Shown: piece after piece, positions 1-15,462 of the stretch
Layout of the letters: every line of letters starts with the position of its first letter
Numbering within the stretch: the first letter of the stretch is position 1
DNA from: the human T2T-CHM13v2.0 reference genome, Homo sapiens
Assembly: GCF_009914755.1 (NCBI RefSeq)
Contig: NC_060931.1
Strand: one strand, 5' to 3'
DNA: 64,000 nt
Notes under the pieces: generated by a model
What the model saw: only the letters and a program-made list of their open reading frames with translations
Told to the model about the DNA's origin: nothing
The model's database searches: none
Position numbers and translations under genes: made by a program

Positions 1-3000
1 GAATGCAGTCATCATCAAATGGACCCGAATGGAATCATGATCAAATGGAATCGAATAGAATCATCGAATGAACTCGAATGGAATCTTCGAGTGGAGTTGA
101 ATGGAATCATCATCAAATGAAATTGAATTGAATCATCGAATAGCATCGAATGGAATCATCGTCGAATGGAGTCGAATGGAATCATCGAATGGACTCGAAT
201 GGAATCTTCATGGAATGTAATCAAATGGAATCTTCGAATGGAACCCAGTGGAATCATCATCAAATGCAATCAAATGGAATCATCATCAAATTTAATCGAA
301 TGGAGTCATCATTGTATGGAATAGAGTGGAAGCATTGAATGGGCTCGAAAGAAATCATCGGAGAATGGAATCAAATGGAATCATCGAAAGGACTCGAATG
401 GAATCAACATCAAATGGAATCGAATGGAATCATCGAATGGACTAGAATGGAATCAGCATCGAATGGAATCAAATGGAATAATCGAATGGACACGAATGCA
501 ATCATCATTGAATGGAATCAAATGGAATCATCATCAAAAGGAATGCAATGGAATAATCAAATGGACTCGAATGGAATCATCGAATGGAGATGAATGGAAT
601 AATCATCGAATGGAATAGATGGGAAACATCGAATAGCATTGAATGGAATCATCCTCAAATGGAGTCAAATGGAATCATCGAATGAACACAAATGGTATCG
701 TTATGGAATATAATCGAATGGAATCTTCGAATGGACTTGAATCAAATCATTATCGAATGTAATTCAATGGAATCATCATTGAATGGAATCATTATCGAAT
801 GGAATCGAATGGAATCATCGAATGGAATAGATTTGAATCTTCATTGAATGGAATCGAATAGAATCATTGAATTAAATAGAATGGAATCATCATCGAATGC
901 AATTGAATGGAATCATCATTGAAAGGACTCGAATGGAATCATTAAACAGAAACAAATGAAATCATCATCGAATAAAATCAAATGGAATCATCGAATGGAC
1001 TCGAATGGAATCATCATCGAATGGAATTGAATGGAATAATGGAGTGCACTCGAATAGAGTCATCGAATGGACTCGAATGAAATCAACTTCGAGTGGAATC
1101 GAAAGGAATCATCAAATGGACTTGAATGGAATCATCAAATGGACTCTAATGGAATCATCATCAAATAGAATCAAATGGAATCATCGAATGGATTCAAATT
1201 GAATCATCATCGAATGGAATCAAATGGAATCATCAAATGGAATCGAATGGAATGATAGAATGGAATCGAATGGAATCATCATCGAATGGAATCGAATGGA
1301 ATCATAGAATGGAATTGAATGGAATCATCATTGAATGGAATCGAATGGAATCATCATGGAATGGAATTGAATGAAATCATCATTGAATGGAATTGAATGG
1401 AATCATAATCGAATGGAATCGAATGGAATCATCAAAGAATTGAATTGAATGGAGTCATCCGATGAAATCCGTTGGAATCATTATCAAATGGAATCAAATG
1501 CAGACATCATCAAATGGAATCGGATGGAATTATTGAATGGACTCAAATGGAAACATCATCAAATGGTATCGAATGGAATCTTCAAATAGACTCAAAAGCA
1601 ATCATCGAATGGACTCGAGTGGAATCATTATCGAATAGTATCAAATAGAATCATCAAATGGACTCGAATGGAATTATCATTGAATGGAATCGAATGGAAT
1701 CATTGAATGGACTCGAATGGAATCATCATCTAATGGAATCGAATGGAATCATTGAATGGAATGGAATGGAATCATCATCAAATGGAATCCAATGGAAACA
1801 TGAAATGGAATCGAATGGAATCATCATCAACTGGAATAGAATGGAATCATTGAATGGAGTCAAATTGAATCATCATCGAATGAAATTGAATGGAATCATT
1901 GAATAGAATCGAATGAAATCATCATCAAATGGAATCGAACAGAATCATAGAATGGAATCAAATTGAATCGTCATGGAATGTAATCGAATGGAATCTTCGA
2001 ATGGACTCGAATGGAATCATCATCGAATGGAATAGAATGGAATCATCATCGAGTCGAATTGAATAGAATCATCATCGAATGGAATCATCATCGAATGGAA
2101 TCATCGAATGGAATAGAATTGAATCATCATCGAATGGAATCGATTAGAATCATAGAAGGAAATAGAATGGAATCATCATCGAATTTAATCGAATGGAATC
2201 ATGAACGAATGGAATCGAATGGAAACATAGAATGGAATCCAATTTAATCATCATCGAATTGAACCCAATGGAATCATTAAATTGAATCGAATGGAATCAT
2301 CGAATGGAGTCAAATGGAATCATCATCGAATGGAATAGAATGGAATCGTCAAATACAATCGAATGGAATCATCATTGAACTAAGACAAATGGATCATCGA
2401 ATGGACATGAATGGAATCATCATGGAAAGAATAGAGTGGAATCATTGAATGGACTCGGATGGAATCATCATCATATGGAATTGAAAGGCATCATCAAATG
2501 GACTTGAATGGAATCATTGAATGGACTCAAAAGGAATCATCATCGAATGGAAATGAATGGAATAATTGGATGTACTCGAATGGAATCATCATCAAATGGA
2601 CTCAAATGGAATGATCGAATGGACCTGCATGGAATCATCGAATGGAATTAAATGGAATTATCGAATGGGCTTGAATGGAATCATCGAATGGACAAGAATG
2701 GAATCATTATCGAATGGAATCAAATGGAATCATTGAATGATATCGAATGGAATCATCGAATGGAATCGATCGGAATGATCATCGAATGGAATCAAATGGA
2801 ATAATCGAATGGAATCGAATGCTGTCATCATCGAATGGAATCGAATTGAATCATCATCGAATAGAATTGAATGGAATCATCAAATGGAATCGAATACAAT
2901 CATCGTCAAATGTAATCGAAAGGAATCATCGAATGGAATCAAATAGAATCATCGAATGGAATTAAATGGAATCAGCATTGAATGAAATCAAATGGAATCA

Positions 3001-6000
3001 CCATCGAATAGAATCGAATGGAATCATTGAATGGAATCATCATCAAATGGATTCCAATGGAATCATCAAATGGACTCGAATGGAATCATCATAGAATGGA
3101 ATTGAATGGAATCATCAAATGATATAGAAAGGAATCATCATCAAATGGAATCGAATGGTATAATCGAATGCATTCAAATGGAATCATCAACGAATGGTAT
3201 CGAATGTTATCACTGAATGGAATAGAAAGGAATCATCTTCAATTGGAATGGAAAGGAATCACCAAATGTATTCCAATGGAATAATCATCAAAAGGCATCG
3301 AATGGAATCATCTAATCGAATCGAATGGAATCATCATCAAATGTAATCAAATGGAATCATCAAATGGGACTCACATGGAATCATCATTGTATGGAATCGA
3401 ATGGAATCATCTAATGAAATCGAATGGAATCATCTGCGAATGGAATCAAATGGAAACATCATCGAACGGAATCAAAAGAATCAACATCAAATGGAGTCGA
3501 AAGGAATAATCATCAAATGGAAACGATAGGAGTCATCATCCAAAGGAATCGCATAGAATCATCATTGAATGGAATCGAATGGAATCATCATCATATGGAT
3601 TCTAACGGAATCATCTAATGGAATTGAATGGAATCATCATCGAATGAAGTGAATGGAATCATCGAATGGTCTCAAAAGGAATCATCATCGAATGGAATCG
3701 AATGGAATCATCATTGAATGGAATTGAATAGAATCCTCATTGAATAGAATTGAATGGAATCGGATGGAATTTTCATCAAATGGAATCGAATGGAATCATC
3801 ATCAAATAGAATAGAATGGGATTATCAAATGTAATCGAATGGAATCATGACCAAAACGAATCAAAATAAAACAAAAGAATGGAATCCAATGGTATCATTG
3901 AATGGAATCGAATGGAATCATCATTGAATGGACTCGAATGGAGTCATCATCGAATGGAAATGAATGGAATCATTTAATGGACTGGAATGTAATCATTGAA
4001 TGCACTTGAATGGAATCATTGAATGGAATGGAATGGAGTCATCACCGAATGTAATCAAATGGAAACATCGGATGGACTCGAATGGAAATATCATCGAATG
4101 GAGTCGAATGAAATCATGGAATGTACTCGAATGGAATAATCGAATGGACTCAAATGGAATCAACATCGAGTGGAATCAAAAGGAAAATCAAATGGACTTC
4201 AATGGAATCATCGAATGGACTCGAATGGAATCATCAAATGGAATTGAAAGTAATTGAAAAGACTTGAATGGAATCATTGAATGTACTCGAATGGAATCAT
4301 CATCGAATGGAATCAAATGGAATCATCCAATGGACCTGAATGGAATCACCATTGAATTGAATTGAATGGAATCATCGAATGGAATCCAATGGAATCATCA
4401 TTGAATGGAATCGAATGGAATCATCACTGAATGGAATCAAATGGAATCACCATCGAATGGAATATAATGGAATCATCATCAAATGGAAAAGAATGGAATG
4501 ATCAACGAATGGAATGAAATGGAGAAATCGAATGAAATCCGTTAGAATCATCATCAGATGGAACCGAATGCAGTCATCATCCAATGGAATCAAATGGAAT
4601 CATCAAATGGATTAGAAGGGAATCATCATAGAATGGAATTGAATAGAATCACCGAATGGGCTCAAATGGAATCATCATCAAATGGAATTGAATGGAATCA
4701 TTGAATGGACACGAATGGAATCATTGTTGAATGGAATCGAATGGAATCATCTAATGGCATTGAATGGAATCATCATCAAATGGAATCTAATGGAATCATC
4801 GAATGGACTCGAATGGAATCATCATCAAATGGAATTGAATGAAATTATAATCGAATGGAATCGAACGCAATCATCATCAAATGGAGTCAAATGGAATCAT
4901 CAGTGAATACAATCAAATGGAATCACTGAATTGAATCAAATGGAATGATCATCGAATGCAATCAAAGGGAATCATCGAATGGGATCGAAAGGAGTCATCG
5001 AATGGAATCAAGTGGAATCATCGAATGGATTCGAATGGAATCATCATTGAATGGAATCAAATGGAATAATCGAATGGACACAAATGCAATCATCATTGAA
5101 TGGAATCGAATGGAATCATCATCGAAAGGAATCTAATGGAATCATCGAATGGAATCAAATGGAATCATCATCAAATATAATCAACCAGTAACATTGAATG
5201 TAATCAAATATAATCATCATTGAATGTAAAAGAATAGAATAATCAAACGGAATTGACTTGAATCAACATCGCATGGAATTGAATCATAGAAAGGTATCGA
5301 ATCTAATCATCATTGAATGGAATCAAATGTAATCGTCATCTAATGGAATCCAAAGCAATTACTGAATGGACTTGAATAGAATCATTGAATGGAGTTGAAA
5401 GGAATCATCATCAAATGGAATAGAATGGAATCATTGAATGGACTCGAATGGAATCATCATCAAATTGAATCAAATGAATTCATTGAACGGACTCAAATGG
5501 AATCATCGTCGTATGGAATCGAGTGTGATTATCTTCAAATGGAATCATCGAATGGACTCGAATGGAATGATCAAACGGACTCGAATGGAATCATCAAAAG
5601 GAATCAAATGAAATCATCAAATGAACTCAAATGCAATTATCAAATGCACTCGAATGGAATCATCGAATGGACTCTATGGATTCATCATCAAATGAAATTG
5701 AATGGAATCATCAAATGTACACGAATGGAATCATTGAATGGACTCGAATGGAATCATCGAATGCACTCGAAGGGAATAATCATCAAATATAATCGAATGG
5801 AATCAACCAATGGAATCAAATGGAATCATCAAATGGAATCGAATGCAATCATCTTTGAATGGAACCGAATGGAATCATAGAATGGAATCAAAGGCAATCA
5901 TTGTCAAATGGAATCAGATGGAAATATCATCAAATAGAATTGAATGGAATCATCGAATGGACTTGAATGGAATCATCGAATGGACCCGAATGGAATCATT

Positions 6001-7587
6001 ATTGAATGGAATTGAATGGAATCATCGAATGGTCTCGAATGGAATCATCATCGAATGGAATCGAATTTAATCATCAAATGGAATCAAATGGAATCATCAT
6101 TGAATGGAATGAAATAGAAGCGGCATCAAATAGAATCGAATGGAATCATCATCAATGGAATTGAATGGAATTTTCTTCAAATGGAATCGAATGGAAACAT
6201 CATCGAATAGAATACAATGGGATAATCGAATGAAACTGAATGGAATCATCATCAAAACGAGTCAAAATAAAACAAAGAATAGAATCCAACAGAATCATTG
6301 AATGTATTCAAATGGAATCATCATTGAATGGACTCGAATGGATTCATCATCGAATGGTATCAAATGGAATCATTGAATGGACTCAAATGGTGTCATCGAA
6401 TGGAATCTAATGTAATTATCATCAAATGAAATCAAATGGAATCATCGAATGGAATCAAATGGAATCATCATCGAATGGAATCGAATAAAATCATGGAATG
6501 CACTCGAATAGAATCATTGAATGGACTCAAATGGAAACAACATTGAGTGGAATTGAAAGAAAACATCAAATGGAGTTGAATGGAATAATCGAATGGAATC
6601 ATCATCTAATGGAATAGAATGGAATCATTGAAGGGACCCAAAAGGAATCATGATCGAATGTAATCAAATGGAATCATCGAATGGAATCCAATGGAATCAT
6701 CATTCAATGGAATCGAATGGAATCATCATCAAATGTAATCGAATGGAATCATCATCAAAGGGAATAGAAAGGAATCATCATCAAATGGAATCGAATGGAA
6801 TCATCAATAAATGGAATCGAATGGAGTCTTCGAATGCAGTCCGTTAGAATCATCATCGAATGGAACCGAATGAAGTCATCATCTAATGGAATCAAATGGA
6901 ATCATCGAATGGACTCAATGGAATCATCATTGCATGGAATCGAATGGAATCGAATGGACTCAAGTGGAATCATCATCGAATGGAATCAAAACAATAATCG
7001 ATTGGACATGAATGGAATCACTATCGAATGGAAATGAATGGAATCTTCGAACGCAATCGAATGAAATTATTGAACGGAATCGAATAGAATCATCATTGAA
7101 TAGAATCGAATTGGATCATCATCGAATAGAATCTAATGAAATCATCATCGAATGGAATCTAGTGGAGTCATCATCTAATGGAATTGAATGGAATCAGCAA
7201 GGAATGGAATCGAATGGAGAAATCGAATGGAATCCGTTGGAATCATCATCGAATGGAACCGAATGCAGTCATCATAGAATGGAATTGAATGGAATCAACG
7301 AAGGGACTCGAATTGTGTCATCATTGAATGTAATAGGATGGAATCATCAAATGGACTCGAATGGAATCATCCAATGGACTCTAATGGAATCATCATCGAA
7401 TGGAATCAAATGGAATCGAATTGAATCATCGAATGGACTCTAATGGAATCATCATCGAATGGAATCGAATGGAATCATCGAATGGACTCGAATGGAATCA
7501 TTGAATGGACTCGAATGGAATCATCATTGAATGTAATCGAGTGGAATCCTCAAATGGAATCAAATGGAATCATCAAATGGAATCGAA
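1..7587. repeat. Human satellite 2 (HSATII)-type array, diverged; GAATG-rich strand shown
   Basis: Continuous GAATG/GAATC pentamers interleaved with ATC/ATCATC (e.g. gaatggaatcatcatcgaatggaatc), which is the HSat2 pattern rather than pure (GAATG)n HSat3. Frequent CpG decay (atcgaa to atcaaa/attgaa). Ends abruptly at ...ggaatcgaa|cagatttataag. Confidence 0.95.
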
Positions 7588-7649
7588 CAGATTTATAAGA
7601 AACTTACTTGAACCAAACAATAGAAAAACAAACAAACCAAAACCCCCGA

Positions 7650-7980
7650 AAACTGTGATGAGCAAAGTAGACATCAGAACAGGAAATATCACTGGGGATG
7701 AAGAATAACATTTCACAATGACAAAGGGCAAAATGTACCAAGAAGTCATGTAAATATGAAATATGTACGCACACAATAGCATTACTTTAAAATACATAAT
7801 ATAAAACCTATTAAAACTGAAAGGTAAAATAGTAAAACCATAGTCATCCATGGGAATTTCAACAGTCTCCTGCCAGAAATTTTTAAATTTTGTTAAATGT
7901 AATGTTGGGAAGGTTAGAGAGGATCTTATAAATATAATTAGCCAACTTGATCTAATTGAATCTTTTAGAATAATCTAAGG
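7650..7980 (+). mobile_element. Ancient L1 (L1M-type) ORF2 endonuclease-region fragment
   Basis: Degenerate translation SKVDIRTGNITGDEE*HFTMTKG...YAHN...LKGK...GNFN resembles the L1 EN segment (KVDFK..ITRDKEGHFIMIKG...IYAPN...GDFNT). Stops and frameshifts present. Confidence 0.7.
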
Positions 7981-8064
7981 ATGAGGAATGAGGTAGCAGA
8001 GAAAGAAAAGGCAGACATCAACGTGACATTAGTGTTTCAAGGCTATGAGAATACACCAATAATG

Positions 8065-8082
8065 GTGTGTGTGTGTGTGTGT
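8065..8082. repeat. (GT)n microsatellite
   Basis: About 9 GT units seen directly. Confidence 0.9.
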
Positions 8083-8480
8083 GCAGATGGTAAGCTCAAT
8101 CTTAAAAATGTTGAGTTTTAACTGACAATTCATTATTAGGAAAGATAAGAGGAAATGATATCTAGTGAGAGGCTATATGACTGAACTCTAAGAGCAAGGT
8201 CACAGCAGAAATTGTGTACTTGACAGCTCTATAAGGAGGTCAGTCAAAAATAAGTCAGTGATGAATTCTCTGGTGTAAAAGCAGAGGAATGAGGATTAGA
8301 TTTAAAACACATGGAAGCAGAGTGACTTATGATAAAAACATGAGCTTGAAAATCCTGCAGAGAGGGCTTTAAATCCTGGGTAAGATATTCTGCTTGTGTA
8401 GGCAATAGTGATAAAAACACAACAACAAAGAGAGGTAAAGAGCACTTTCCTTTGATATAAGTAAAGGGCACGTCTTATTG

Positions 8481-8483
<3 letters not shown>

Positions 8484-8530
<47 letters not shown>
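8484..8530. repeat. (TA)n microsatellite followed by (TATG)n
   Basis: About 18 perfect AT units, then tatgtatgta. Confidence 0.95.
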
Positions 8531-8531
<1 letters not shown>

Positions 8532-8659
8532 TCAACTGACATTCAACATGTTTCTCTCACTGAAACAGCAAGCTCTCCAGGCCTTCATGTTCCCAGTGAG
8601 GTATGTAACCTTCTGATGATTATACTCACCCTCCCTCATTGCAAAGCTCCCATTGTTAT

Positions 8660-9116
8660 TGTCTTGGCTCTGGATTCCCTCAAAAATAGACTATGAAACA
8701 AATATCTGGGGTCAGATACTTTAATCAGAAATTGAGTGAGAAAGCACAGAAGTGGAGAAAATGAAACAGAACACGAAGCCAGTGTGAATGAGTAGTTACT
8801 GCTATGTGCTCAGTAATGATGGAGGTATGGAGATTGTGTCAAAATAACTTTACAAAGAGATGGGGATGCTGGAATTCCCATCTCTTATTGCTTAAGGATT
8901 GCCTTAGAATCATTAACTCTCCACCCTTAACTCCTTCTTTTTTCCTATGTGTGGTTGAGAAGCACTGGTTAGCCTCAAGAAGCTTGCAGGCAGGCCCAAA
9001 AATCAGAAAGACAGGCATGATGTGGGGAGCTCTCAGTTAGCTGGAAACAGGTGAATTTCAGGTGAACACATTGAGTCCAGGACATAGAAGACAAGTCATC
9101 AGCAATATCTGCTATA
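8660..9116 (-). mobile_element. LTR16-like ERVL solo LTR
   Basis: Left end tgtcttggctctggattccctcaaaaatagactatgaaacaa and right end agcaatatctgctata resemble the reverse-complemented LTR16 termini as recalled. Confidence 0.55.
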
Positions 9117-9155
9117 GCCAGTTTTCTTTTTCTTTTTAAGAATATATATACTTTT

Positions 9156-9777
9156 TATTGGGGGTCCCCAAGTCCCCCTTTGGTTTAATGATTCACATCA
9201 CCCAAGAAAGCTGATTTTTTTTGTGGTTATAGTTTCTAACAGTGAAAGAAGCCAGATTAAAATAATCAGAAGCATAAAAGCACATAAAGTAGAGTCCAGG
9301 ACAAACCAGATGTGAGCTTACAGGTGTCCTTTCATAGTGGGGACTTCACACTGACTAATTTTCTTTACAATGGTGTGAGACAACATGTGTGAACTTGTTG
9401 CCAACTAGGGAAGCTCCGTCAGTCTTGAGTCCAGGGTTTTTATTAGGATTCCACCACATATGCATCGAGCGTCCTGTGACTGAACTTAGCAACTTAGTTC
9501 CCAATCTCCCTATGCCCTAAGAGAGGTCATATTAATATGGCATTACACAAAGTCATAGGCATACAGAAACAGGTACTCACAAGAAATCACGTTGTTAGCA
9601 TCAGTTATTTGATATGACCTATGTTGTCACGCATACAAAGACTCTCATCAGGCAACATATACCAAGGGCTCATAGGTTATCATCTCCCAGGAGCTTGTCA
9701 AGGACCAGTCCTGAAGACCTTTGGAATGCGCAAGGTTTTGGAAAGCCATGTCTGCAGAATTAACCCTTCATTACACA
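9156..9777 (-). mobile_element. MER21C/MER77-like LTR
   Basis: ggggtccccaag...cagattaaaat...gtccagga...gccaactagggaagctc...gtccagggtttttatt...taacccttcattacaca follows the recalled MER21-family consensus. Confidence 0.75.
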
Positions 9778-10147
9778 ACCTCCAAGAATTTTTTTTATCT
9801 TTAAAAATGTTCTTTGATCTTTGACGATGTACAAACCAATACTGAGTAATTAGTAACAACAGTGTACTCCTGAGTACTTGCACCTGCAAGGAGAAAAAGG
9901 ACAGATACACTTACATAGGACAGATGCAAATAGACACCACTATGACAAGTAAAGCTGGAATAATCAATAAATTCCTAAAGACAAAGTGGGGCTGGTGAGA
10001 TTGGGAGACCGCTGACAGCTGCAGAAGTTGGGAAAGATCCATCATCTTGAAAACTTTTTCCCCACAATCCCACTGCGATCTCTCAAGCAATTGGTAAGGA
10101 ATCCAAGAGAGTCTGTATATGACACAGATCAGGGAGAGCAGAAAACT

Positions 10148-10426
10148 TGGGAGGTGACCAGGTCTTGGGGTCCGAGCCCTTATGAATGGGATTAGTGCCT
10201 TTATAAAAGAAGCTCATTGGAGTTCTTGTGTGCCTTTCACTATGTGAGGACATAGAAAGAAGGCAGCATCTGTGAACCATGAAATGGGCTCTCATCAACA
10301 CTGAATTTGTGAGCATCTTGACCTGAGATCTCACAGCCTCAAGAAGTGTGAAAAAAGAAATACCTGTTGCTTTTTAGTCACTCAGTTTATGTTATTTTGT
10401 TATAAGAGTCCAAACAGACCAATATA
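10148..10426 (+). mobile_element. MLT1A-type MaLR LTR (5' truncated)
   Basis: atgaatgggattagtgcctttataaaaga...atgtgaggacatag...cagcctcaagaagtgtga...gttattttgttata...aaacagaccaatata. Confidence 0.8.
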
Positions 10427-10619
10427 TTCCACTTAATATGTAGGGGAAGGCAACAAAAACTGCCACACTTAGGATCCTCCTGATGCTGGGATTATGAAAA
10501 CAGGAAAAACAAAACAAAACTGCTCTTGAAGGTGAAGGAGGAATATCACTGAGCTCACCAACACAGCCAGGAAAAGAACAGAAGTGTGAGAAGTCTACAT
10601 TCCTGAGACCCTGAGAAAA

Positions 10620-11290
10620 AGTACCTGCATAAGACTGAGATGAAATTACCTACTCTAGTTATGATTGAAATCCCAAAAAGAAAAGAGGGAAAAATAATGG
10701 AGAAAAAGAAATATTTTTCAAAATAACTGCCAAAATATTCTAAAAGAAGTGACAGAAAATCAAACTTCAAATATAGGAAACTCAGAGAATGTCAAATAGA
10801 ACAAAAAGAAATAAGAAGTACATCTTGAAAAATCTTTAAAAAATCAAGTCTAAATTTTATATCTTGCTCCAAATATATAGATATATAAATAGGTTATCAT
10901 CAAGATATGGAGAAAACCGTATCATGGAAACACTAAAATAAGGCTGTGGAAGGACTACATTGATATTAGCCACAACAGAGTTCAGAACAAGAAATAGTAT
11001 CAGAGATGAGAGATAATAGATAATAGAATAATCAATTCTCAAGAAGATGTAAACATCCTAATAATTAGGTTATGCAGCTAACAACAGAACCTCCAAATAC
11101 ATGAGGTAAAACAGGAAAGAAATCAAAGGTGAACTAGAAAAATCCAAAATTATGTTTGCAGACTTCAACACTTTTGTCTTAGTAATGGAAAGACTAGGCA
11201 CAAATTCAGTAATCATGTGGGAGATAAGAACAACAATATCACCAACAAGACATCCAATCTTCAATGGCAGATACTCTTTCCTTTCAAGTG
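10620..11290 (+). mobile_element. Ancient L1M fragments (ORF1 remnant and ORF2 endonuclease region)
   Basis: A-rich sequence with ggaaactcagagaatgtcaaatagaa (ORF1 QEAQR-like) and tatgcagctaacaacagaacctccaaatacatgagg...gcagacttcaacact (YAPNNRASKYM...GDFNT-like). Confidence 0.65.
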
Positions 11291-11347
11291 AAAAAAAAAA
11301 ACAGTATGGCATATTTTCTAACAAACCCAGAATTTTTAATATTTGCA

Positions 11348-11993
11348 TTCTTCCTTTCTTCTTTCCATCGTCCTTTCTCTTCTCTTCCCTTCCCTTGCCT
11401 TCTTCCTTCCTTTCTTCTTTTCATCTTCCTTTTCTTTTCTTTTTTCTTTTCCTTTCTTTCTTTTCTTTCTTTTTTTCTCCTTCTTTCCTTCTTTCCTTCT
11501 TTCTTTCTTTCCTCTAATTCTTCCTTCCCTCCGCCCTCCCTTCCTTTCTCCCTCCCTTTTCTTCCTTCTTTTCTCATATTCTTTCTTTTTTCTCACGTTC
11601 TGGCTTCCTTTCCTTTTTTCTCCCTTCCTCCAGCCCTCCATTTCTTCCTTCCTCCCTCCCTTCCTTTCCTCTTTTTCTTTCCTACCTTTGCCTGTTTATT
11701 ACCTTTGTTCCTTTGCCTTCCTCCCTTTTACCATTCTCTCTTCCTCCTTTCCTTCCACCCTTCCTCCTTTCTTTCTTTCTTTTTCTCTTTCTCTCTTTCT
11801 TTCTCTTTCTTTCTTTCTTTCCTTCCTTCTTTCTTTCTTGTGTTCTTGCTTTCTGTTTTCTCCCTTCCTCCCTTTCTCCCTTCCTCCCTCCCTCCCTTCC
11901 TTCCCTCATTTCCTCCTTCTTTTCTTTCTTCTTTCTTTATTTCCTTCCTTCCTTCTTTTTATTTCTTTGTTTTCTTTTCTGTCTTTCTCTTTA
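11348..11993. repeat. Long CT-rich (polypyrimidine/polypurine) low-complexity tract
   Basis: About 650 bp of TTTC/TTCC/CCCT-type units with very few purines. Confidence 0.95.
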
Positions 11994-12081
11994 CTGCAAT
12001 TCATATTATTTTAAAAAAATTAAGAGAGGGGGACAGAAAAATAAAGAACGCTTTAATCTGCAGGTAAATAGATTATGTCTG

Positions 12082-12897
<816 letters not shown>

Positions 12898-13879
12898 TGT
12901 AATTGTATCATGAAAATGAGAACCATAATTTACAACTGCTCTTAATACTGCACTTGGATGTTTGAAATCACGTACATGGAAACGATCTCTATGTGTATGA
13001 GGGAGGATAGCAAATTGATGCCAAAATAATGCAAATGCAAATCTTACACTCATTTCTATGTGGGTTTCATTTAATCTTTGAAATGAAAATGAAATTAAAA
13101 GATTGTGATCTTTTGATGAAATTAGACTAAAATGAACAATAACAAAATAAGAACTTACTTATATTCTTTATATGGTCAATAAAGAAGTGATAGTGGAAAA
13201 AACAAGATCAAATGAAGGTGATGATTTAAGAAGTTGGAAAGATAGCTGAAACTACAAAATATTATATAACCAGTGAACACTTAGACACACTGATTGATGA
13301 ACTTCAGCTTTTGGCTTGGTGAGAGCATAAAATGAGAGCAGCTGAGGTTTGCAAATTTGTAATCTCCTTGTGGAAAAACAGGGGAAAACACATCTCAGCC
13401 TAATAAGATTTATCTACTAAAGAGTCTAGACTTGATCCATTTGTCCTTGTAATTCAAAATCTAATTCAAATACTGATTTGATGTATTGTGTGAACAACCA
13501 TTGTTGATTATCATCGCATACCTGGCATTCTCTCATATCTGATATCTAAAATATTTGGTAATTCCTGGACTTTCTCTTTTCAAACCCAGTACGGTTTAAT
13601 TTGAGTCTTAGAACAGTTGTGTTTGAGAAATTCTTCCCTCTACTGCATCTGTGAATGGGCATAGCATGGTTACATACATACTGTCACTCCATAGAACATT
13701 TGTTAAATTAAAGCCAAAGTTTAAAGCAAGAGCTTTAACTTACTGGTTTTACAAATGGTTTTCTCCCCAATAGCCAGAACAATATTGATACCCTCACACC
13801 TTTTAACATCAAGCTTGGTGTTGTCTATTTTTCAGGTGCTGTCATCTATATGATCTCAGTATTTTAAAAATCAGCTTCC

Positions 13880-14015
13880 AGCCCATATGGTGGTTCATGC
13901 TTGTAATACCAGCAGTTGAAGAGGCTGAAATGCGAGGATTCCTTGAGCCCAGGAGTTCACAAGCAACCTGGGCAACATAGCAAGACACAGTCTCTATCAA
14001 AATTAAAAAAAAAAA
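13880..14015 (+). mobile_element. AluJ left monomer (element split by L1)
   Basis: ggtggttcatgcttgtaataccagca...ggattccttgagcccaggagttc...ctgggcaacatagcaagac followed by the A-rich linker. Confidence 0.85.

Positions 14016-15462
<1,447 letters not shown>

Noticed and set aside
150-7443. Many ORFs of MESSNGIIEWN-type peptides
   Set aside because: These are translations of HSat2 pentamers with no gene structure.
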